Origin: Candidatus Heimdallarchaeota archaeon
GTDB taxonomy: Archaea > Asgardarchaeota > Heimdallarchaeia > Heimdallarchaeales > Heimdallarchaeaceae
Assembly (NCBI GenBank): GCA_019057375.1
Contig: DXJF01000123.1
Span: forward strand, 1-30,960
DNA length: 30,960 nucleotides
Direction of reading: 5' to 3'
Part shown: positions 18,704-25,072 of the stretch, one piece after another
Position numbering within the stretch: the first letter of the stretch is position 1
How the letters are laid out: each line of letters starts with the position of its first letter
Translations under genes and position numbers: made by a program
The notes under the pieces: generated by a model
What the model saw: only the letters and a program-made list of their open reading frames with translations
Told to the model about the DNA's origin: nothing
Database searches by the model: none

Positions 18704-18710
18704 CTTTTAA
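18704..18710 (-). promoter_or_regulatory. Putative TATA box of tRNA-Gly
   Basis: Minus strand GAAAGAA-TTAAAAG (BRE-like plus TATA-like) 29-35 nt upstream of the mature 5' end. Confidence 0.4.
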
Positions 18711-18746
18711 TTCTTTCCATGTAATCTTTTTTAATGTATCCACAAA

Positions 18747-19934
18747 CTATGTTCTTATTAAGGAATCAACTGTTTCCAGAAAAATTATTATCTCATCCTC
18801 AGTATTGTAAAGATGAGTCGATACTCTTACTATGTCATTGAATTTAAGTTCATACATATACAGATGAGAACATAAAGCCCCACTTCTTACTTGTATATTT
18901 TTCATATCATCTAGAACCATAGCCAAATCGTGTGCTTCTATTTTTTCACTGCCAAATGACAAAATTGGTCCATATTCAGCTCCCTCAATTTTGCTTATCT
19001 TAAGAGAAGGAATGCTTTCTAATCCAGTTCTTAGCTTGGAATGTAATTTTTTCTCATACTCCTGAATCTTTGATAACCCAAAATTCGATAATAGTTCTAG
19101 ACTATTAGTCATTGCAGTTATATTGGCAACATTAACTATACCTGTTTCAAACTTCGAACCTGAAGAATTGAGGAGATAGGAATATTCTTCAAGTGCAATT
19201 ATTGATCCTCCTCCGACAATTAGAGGCTCCATTGCATTATAGGTTTCCTTATTAGTAATCTGGAATGCTGTACCTGTAGGGCCTAAAGCACCTATACACC
19301 CTGAAGATACAACTATATCTGGTGATTCATTATCAAACTTAATCTCTTCATGTCCCACTGAATAACTAATATCTAGAATGAAAGTGGCATCCACTTCTTT
19401 ACAGATTTTAGCTATTTTGTTCCATTCTCTCTTAACACCATTAGTAGCTGTTAAAGAAGAAAGAAGCACAATGTCTTTTGGAGAATGTATTTTTTCACTA
19501 ATTTTCTCAATAAGGGTTGTTTCATCTTCGATATTTAGATATTCGATATCTGTACCAAAAGAATTGTTCACTCTTATTGCTGGAGCTAAAATAGAATGCT
19601 CCTCTAGAATACTAGTAACAACTCTTTTTTCACCTATATTCGGTATTGAATAAAAGGCACTTGTTAGAACCGTTTCCCTTGATGGAAAAAATGAAATTTG
19701 GGATGATTCTACATTGAATATTCTTGAAAGTGATTGCCTGTTTTTTTCCAGAAGTCGATTGCTAGAAGAAATTTCTCTGTGCACCCCTCTAACAGGCGCT
19801 CCTCCTCCATTTCTGTAATATTCCTGTATTTTTCTCATAGAAGAAATAGGAATTTTCCCAATTGTAGCTGAATCTAGATAAATTTGGTCAGGCTTTAGAT
19901 TAAATTCAATTCCAAATCTTGTAGTGGTAGTCAT
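18747..19934 (-). CDS. SufS/class-V aminotransferase-like protein, paralog 1 (PLP lysine absent)
   Basis: YLDSAT, EEHS, LDISY, SSGCIGALGPTG in place of SGHK, FETG, RSGALCSH and RVSTHLYN. Confidence 0.85.
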   Translation of the reverse strand: MTTTTRFGIEFNLKPDQIYLDSATIGKIPISSMRKIQEYYRNGGGAPVRGVHREISSSNRLLEKNRQSLSRIFNVESSQISFFPSRETVLTSAFYSIPNIGEKRVVTSILEEHSILAPAIRVNNSFGTDIEYLNIEDETTLIEKISEKIHSPKDIVLLSSLTATNGVKREWNKIAKICKEVDATFILDISYSVGHEEIKFDNESPDIVVSSGCIGALGPTGTAFQITNKETYNAMEPLIVGGGSIIALEEYSYLLNSSGSKFETGIVNVANITAMTNSLELLSNFGLSKIQEYEKKLHSKLRTGLESIPSLKISKIEGAEYGPILSFGSEKIEAHDLAMVLDDMKNIQVRSGALCSHLYMYELKFNDIVRVSTHLYNTEDEIIIFLETVDSLIRT

Positions 19935-20111
19935 GGTTCCTGTTAGGTTTATTAATAGTAGATTTTAAAATCTTCCTTGCTATGAAATCAAAAAGTTTGA
20001 ATACTACTAAGAATATAAGAAATTAGGGAAAATCTAGAGGATGATCGTAAGGCATTTGGTTAAGCATTAGCGATGCCAGAAAGAAGCTAAGGTGACCTAT
20101 GATTTTCTCTT

Positions 20112-21302
20112 TCATATTTCTACCATTATTGATTCTAATGTTTCTATAAAAGTAACAATGTCCTTTTTTGTGTTATATAGATGAGTAGAAACTTGAACTA
20201 TTGATTCTCGCTTTAATTCATCCATAAAAAGATGAGAACACAGTGCTCCACTTCTAACATAAATGTTTGCCAGATCTTCTAGAATAATCGCTATATCATG
20301 AGAATCAATATCTTCGCTAAAGAAGGAAATAACAGGACCATATGATAAACCATCTTTCTCAACAATATCTATCTTGTTAATATTTTTGAGACCGTCATAA
20401 AGGATTTTTCTTAATTCTTGTTCATGTTTTCTGATTTTTTCAAAACCAATATTTGATAATAGTTGCAGACTATTTGCTAAACCAGAAATAGAGGCTATAT
20501 TCAATGATCCTGGCTCATATTTATTTGGAGCTGATGATAATCTATAGTCAGATTTATTTACGGAAACAACAGCTCCTCCACCTATTAAAACTGGATTGAA
20601 TTCTTTCTCAATTCCACCTGAAATAATTTGAAATGCTGATCCATGAGGGCCAAGAGCTCCTATATCACCAGATGAAATGATGATGTGGGGAGAAATCTTA
20701 TCAAAATTATAGGATGCATGGCCTACACCATTGGACATGTCTAAGATAAACAATAATTCATTGTCAATTGCTAATTGAGATAAACTTTTCCAATCTCTTT
20801 GAACCCCCATTCCAAGAGTTAGTGATGACAGAACGATTGCTTTTGTTTTTGAATTAATCTTTGCTTGAATAGAAGAAACTAAATCGATTTCTTCTTCAAT
20901 TCCTGTAAAGTTGAGATGTGTTCCAAAGAATTTATTTACATTCAATAGTGGTGTTATTACTGAATGATCATCAAGAGAACTAGTTATAATTTCACTTTCC
21001 CTATCGAAACTTTGAGAAAAAAGTGCATTAAGCAACGCAGTTTCTCTTGATGGTAGGAAAGATATACGTGACTGGTCAACAGAGAAGATATCTCCGATAA
21101 TTGAACGAGATTTTTCTAGTGAACGACTAGCATTGATTGCAATTTTATGTGTGCCCCTGCTAATCCCTCCTCCATGTTTGGAATAAAAATCATCCATAAC
21201 TGATACTGAGGACTGAGGCAGTCTTCCTACGGTTGCAGAATCTAGATAAATTTCATCTTCATTGATGATGAAATCTATACCAAAATGATTTTGGACTGTC
21301 AT
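20112..21302 (-). CDS. SufS/class-V aminotransferase-like protein, paralog 2 (PLP lysine absent)
   Basis: YLDSAT, DDHS, LDMSN, SSGDIGALGPHG, YEPG, RSGALCSH and QVSTHLYN. ATG 21302 preferred over TTG 21305. Confidence 0.85.
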   Translation of the reverse strand: MTVQNHFGIDFIINEDEIYLDSATVGRLPQSSVSVMDDFYSKHGGGISRGTHKIAINASRSLEKSRSIIGDIFSVDQSRISFLPSRETALLNALFSQSFDRESEIITSSLDDHSVITPLLNVNKFFGTHLNFTGIEEEIDLVSSIQAKINSKTKAIVLSSLTLGMGVQRDWKSLSQLAIDNELLFILDMSNGVGHASYNFDKISPHIIISSGDIGALGPHGSAFQIISGGIEKEFNPVLIGGGAVVSVNKSDYRLSSAPNKYEPGSLNIASISGLANSLQLLSNIGFEKIRKHEQELRKILYDGLKNINKIDIVEKDGLSYGPVISFFSEDIDSHDIAIILEDLANIYVRSGALCSHLFMDELKRESIVQVSTHLYNTKKDIVTFIETLESIMVEI

Positions 21303-21328
21303 CAATGAATTGATTGAAATTAAGTTGA

Positions 21329-21334
21329 TTTAAA
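21329..21334 (-). promoter_or_regulatory. Putative TATA box of SufS-like paralog 2
   Basis: TTTAAA 27-32 nt upstream of ATG 21302. Confidence 0.4.
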
Positions 21335-21387
21335 CGTTTGTTTCCAAACACCATTTTTTTATATGTAATTCAAATTTCAAGCATGCT

Positions 21388-21843
21388 ATGGTAAATAATC
21401 TAGATAAATTGGAAATAAATTTGGAAGAGGATATTAACAATTATATAAACAAATTTAACGATTTACTGGACAATTTATCAAGTTTATCTAGTAGTAAAAT
21501 TAATGACATACTTTGGAAACTGAGGGCTGATTTAGAACTTCTGATAATAGAGCTTAAATTTGTTTTAGAGAAGGAAAATAAAACTGAGAGATGGCAATCT
21601 TTGTTCAAAGAGGAACTTAAGGGGACAAGTTCAAAACAAAAAGCTATGAAGATGTTGGAAAGTTATAGGAAGGGCAATCAAGAAATACAAACAATTTTTA
21701 AGAAAAAACCTGAACAAAGTTTCCGATATTTTTGGAAATTGAAAGAGACTATTTCCTCAATTCTTTCGGCATTCGCTGTAGAGAAAATTGAGTGGTCTAA
21801 TGGTGAGATGAAGAAGGTTTCTGAAGATGTTTTTGAAATTTGA
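21388..21843 (+). CDS. Hypothetical all-helical protein (151 aa)
   Basis: ATG start with TTTTTTATAT 24-33 nt upstream. Amphipathic helices. No recognised family. Confidence 0.7.
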   Translation: MVNNLDKLEINLEEDINNYINKFNDLLDNLSSLSSSKINDILWKLRADLELLIIELKFVLEKENKTERWQSLFKEELKGTSSKQKAMKMLESYRKGNQEIQTIFKKKPEQSFRYFWKLKETISSILSAFAVEKIEWSNGEMKKVSEDVFEI

Positions 21844-21860
21844 TTACATCTAACAGTAAA

Positions 21861-21867
21861 TATAAAA
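21861..21867 (+). promoter_or_regulatory. TATA box of the ARPC4-like gene
   Basis: TATAAAA 26-32 nt upstream of ATG 21893. Confidence 0.5.
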
Positions 21868-21892
21868 CAGTAAAACACTTTTGATTACTTGT

Positions 21893-22381
21893 ATGAGTTC
21901 TCATTCACCTGAGTTTTTAGAAGATAAGGAAAAAATCAGGCAAGCTATGAAACTTGAAAAGTATATCTGCCCCCATAGAGAAATTAACTATCCTTGTGTT
22001 ATCTGTAAAGATTGTAGAGATATGGATTTGAAGCAATTTCCACTTAAAAATGGGTTTATCGAGAAAACTAGAAATTCAAGTCTGATTTCGATGATTTTTG
22101 AACTTAGAGATCCTTTCGATGATATGTTACTTAAACGACTAAGTGTAGCACTTTATGAAGCTACAGGAATTGTTCAAAAGGAACCAGAACCAGGATTTTC
22201 TATCACATTTTATATATCTGAAGCATTACTTGACAAAATAACTGAAATTGAGAAATTCATATCTTTTATAGCTGATTTCCAACATAAATTCCTCTCTGAA
22301 ACAATAGCAGCAAGAAGTGCTCTAAATAAATGGGAAAGATCAACAACAAAGCGGTTATTGTGGGATATGAGTATCCAATAA
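21893..22381 (+). CDS. Arp2/3 complex subunit 4 (ARPC4/p20-Arc)-like protein
   Basis: End-to-end colinear resemblance to eukaryotic ARPC4 as recalled: LEKY/LENF, NYP/NKP, IEKTRNS/IEGSINS, IVQKEPEPGFSITFYIS/ILRRKPVEGYDISFLIT, ALNKWER/SVNARAR. Similar length (162 vs about 168 aa). Confidence 0.75.
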   Translation: MSSHSPEFLEDKEKIRQAMKLEKYICPHREINYPCVICKDCRDMDLKQFPLKNGFIEKTRNSSLISMIFELRDPFDDMLLKRLSVALYEATGIVQKEPEPGFSITFYISEALLDKITEIEKFISFIADFQHKFLSETIAARSALNKWERSTTKRLLWDMSIQ

Positions 22382-22389
22382 AAAGAAGA

Positions 22390-23535
22390 TTAAGAAACAC
22401 TCTTCCAGTATATACCTATTTTATCGGCGTGATTTCGAACTTCATACATTTCTGTAGTTGAAATTCTTCTCTTAATCTCAGGAAATCTATCCGTTTGAAG
22501 AACAATGTAATCGGGATGATATTGACCCATAATGTTCACAAGTGGTGTATTAAGATTTTCTTTGATCCAATCCAAAAGGGGAATAGAACAACACTTTGTG
22601 TGGTTTGGCATAACTAGGTGACGAATTATATACTCGCCGGATCCTCTGTCTTCAATCATTCTCATATTTCTTTGAAGAGCTTCCCAATATTTTGGTGCTT
22701 TGGAGTACTTGGTTGCACATTCTTTGTTGGAATATTTCATATCTGGAAGCCAAATATCAAAAAGATCTGCAATCAGTTTCATGCTCATATCGGTAAGATA
22801 CATGTTACTATTCCACAACATTGGGACATCAACTTGTGCATGTTTGAAAGATTCAAGAATCACATGTAAGTTTGGTGTAGGTTCTCCTCCAACAAAATTG
22901 ATATTCCTCGCATTCTGTTTAACCATAGTGAAATAATGCTGTGCAAGCTGAATAGCTGATGTTCCTCTCCCCTTAATTCTCTCAAATCCAAATTCGTGAC
23001 TTATATCCCAGTTTTGACAAAACTGACAATCCATAGTACAACCCAAAAAGAATATTGTTCCACTAGGAACAATAGGGCTTTCTTCCCCCATATGAATGAA
23101 AGCTGAGCTAACGTATGCTTTATCATCAACTCCACATTTCCCAACCTCTCCTTCATCACGATTAGCTCTACATCTATTCTCACAGAATTCACATGAAGAA
23201 AGAACATCTTTTAAAATAGTTAGTTTCAGCTCCAGATAATTATTGCTCTCGATATCCTCATCTTTGTGTAGTTCTTCAATTTCTTTCTCGATTTCTTCAA
23301 GAGGAAGATGCTGTTTCTCTACTATCCACTTCTTGAATTTTGGATAGTAATGTTCATGAATATTCATTAGTTCATCTTTATCCTTGTAACCATTAAAAGG
23401 AACATAGAATAATCGAGCCAGTTTATATCGGGGAATACGTTTTCCCTGAAATATTTCTCTGTAATGTACTAGACGATTTTCTAATTCAACTTGTTGCCAA
23501 ACAGTCATTGTATCTCTTTTCAAAAGAGTCCACAT
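22390..23535 (-). CDS. PflX-family radical SAM protein (PFL-activating-enzyme related)
   Basis: CEFCENRC...GKCGV, GEESPIVPSGTIFFLGCTMDCQFCQNWDIS, GGEPTPNL, WNSNMY, LPDMKY and IIRHLVMPNH. Confidence 0.88.
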   Translation of the reverse strand: MWTLLKRDTMTVWQQVELENRLVHYREIFQGKRIPRYKLARLFYVPFNGYKDKDELMNIHEHYYPKFKKWIVEKQHLPLEEIEKEIEELHKDEDIESNNYLELKLTILKDVLSSCEFCENRCRANRDEGEVGKCGVDDKAYVSSAFIHMGEESPIVPSGTIFFLGCTMDCQFCQNWDISHEFGFERIKGRGTSAIQLAQHYFTMVKQNARNINFVGGEPTPNLHVILESFKHAQVDVPMLWNSNMYLTDMSMKLIADLFDIWLPDMKYSNKECATKYSKAPKYWEALQRNMRMIEDRGSGEYIIRHLVMPNHTKCCSIPLLDWIKENLNTPLVNIMGQYHPDYIVLQTDRFPEIKRRISTTEMYEVRNHADKIGIYWKSVS

Positions 23536-23691
23536 TAATAGAAAATTAGTGAAGTATCTGAAATACTTTGTGCTGGAATAATATTAAAAGAAATAGACCG
23601 AACATCAACTTATAGATAAATGTTAAGGAGGAAATTCTCAAAATAAAGATGTTAGTTTAATAAGATTTAATAATGAAGTTCAAAAAATATC

Positions 23692-24732
23692 ATGAAATTA
23701 ATGTCACAGTCTCCACTGCACGAAGCTGAATATTACGATGTACTTGATGAAGAAAATCAAGTAATCCTATGTCGCTTATGCCCCATAGAATGTACTTTGC
23801 TAGTTGGAGAGAAAGGTAAATGTTCTTCGCGTATAAATCTTGAAGGGAAAATGCATTCTCTAACTTATGGATATACAGATATGAAGATAGATATGATTGA
23901 AAAACAACATGTTTTTCATTTTCATCCAAATTCAAGAGCACAAACATTTTCTACTTACAATTGTAATCTTGATTGTGATTATTGTGTAATGCCTGATAAG
24001 ATTGGGGTTGATCCAGCTCAAACTAGTGCAAAAAAACTAGCTCCTGATCAAGCTGCAATGTTTGGGGTGGCATCAGGTTCTAAAGTTATGGCTTTTGGTG
24101 AAGCTGAACCACTAATATCTTTTGAATGGGTTCGTGATACAGCGATTCTTGCTCAACAGAGAAATCTGAAAGTGTTATTGAGAACCAATGCATATTTCAA
24201 TGAAGAACCTGTTAAGGAGATTCTTGAGTATGTTGATGCGGTTATTATTGACATAAAGTCAGTTACTGATACCGGGTATCAACAAAAGTGTCATGCAGGT
24301 ACTTTCAAAGAAATTAAGAAGATTATCAAGTTGATTTATGAAGAGGAAAAGCTTCTCGAACTAAATTTCGTTATCCATGGAGCACTTGAGAATACTGAAG
24401 AACAAACTAGAGAACTAGCCGAATGGATAAAAGAAGAACTTTCAGTATCTGTTCCGCTACACTTAGATAGATTGCTCCCTGCTCATAGACTTAAAGAAGT
24501 ACAACCTACAACTACAGAATTATTAGAGAAATGTTATCAAATAGCTAAGGACGTAGGCTTAGAGTTTGTTTATTTAAACAATGTACCTGATCATGAAGCA
24601 TCACATACTTATTGTCCAAAATGTGGAGAATTGCTTATTCATAGAGGAGCTTCAGCAACAGAAGTAAGGAGAATCTCTTTACAAGGAAATTGTAATAAAT
24701 GTGAAACTAAGCTCAATATAGTTTTCAAATAA
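23692..24732 (+). CDS. Second AmrS-like radical SAM protein (divergent paralog)
   Basis: CRLCPIEC N-terminus, IEKQHVFHFHP, CNLDCDYC, AEPLISFEW and TYCPKCG. Colinear with 7896-8921. Confidence 0.82.
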   Translation: MKLMSQSPLHEAEYYDVLDEENQVILCRLCPIECTLLVGEKGKCSSRINLEGKMHSLTYGYTDMKIDMIEKQHVFHFHPNSRAQTFSTYNCNLDCDYCVMPDKIGVDPAQTSAKKLAPDQAAMFGVASGSKVMAFGEAEPLISFEWVRDTAILAQQRNLKVLLRTNAYFNEEPVKEILEYVDAVIIDIKSVTDTGYQQKCHAGTFKEIKKIIKLIYEEEKLLELNFVIHGALENTEEQTRELAEWIKEELSVSVPLHLDRLLPAHRLKEVQPTTTELLEKCYQIAKDVGLEFVYLNNVPDHEASHTYCPKCGELLIHRGASATEVRRISLQGNCNKCETKLNIVFK

Positions 24733-24745
24733 AAGATTGAATTTT

Positions 24746-25066
24746 TTAAGCAATTGATTCAATAGTAAAATCTACAATCAATATGTTTAATTGTCCTTCC
24801 AGTTCCTCTTTTACCAAATCAATGAATCTGTGAATATCCTCAGTTCCATCCCTGTAAGAAGCTCTGAAAAGAAATTGAATTTCTATCCAATCTTCGTAAA
24901 AAAAGGTTGTTTCTAATCGAGGTCGTCTTTTAGGTTCTTTCTCTGCAATTTCTTTTTGTACCATGTTTAGATGAAGATCGAATTCTCCTAAGTCTTCATA
25001 CTGACCTTCATCATTTGGTTGTGCAGTAATCCCACAATAATAATGGTAAAAACCTGAAGTTGTCAT
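24746..25066 (-). CDS. Hypothetical protein (106 aa) immediately downstream of lon
   Basis: ATG 6 nt after the lon stop; alpha/beta pattern. Confidence 0.65.
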   Translation of the reverse strand: MTTSGFYHYYCGITAQPNDEGQYEDLGEFDLHLNMVQKEIAEKEPKRRPRLETTFFYEDWIEIQFLFRASYRDGTEDIHRFIDLVKEELEGQLNILIVDFTIESIA

Positions 25067-25072
25067 TTCGGC

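Noticed and set aside
19293-20663. ATA codon at the lost-Lys position in both SufS-like genes as a recoding or editing site (AAA versus ATA)
   Set aside because: No known U-to-A editing or ATA-to-Lys decoding. Neighbouring motif residues (His of SGHK, Gln of DxxQ) are also changed, which fits protein-level divergence inherited from before the duplication.
21388-21843. ARPC5 or ARPC3 identity for the gene upstream of the ARPC4-like gene (151 aa, like human ARPC5)
   Set aside because: No motif correspondence found; matching length alone is not evidence.
23656-23673. TTTAATAA repeated at 10-bp spacing upstream of the second amrS-like gene
   Set aside because: Low-complexity AT sequence that is indistinguishable from chance or alternative TATA boxes.
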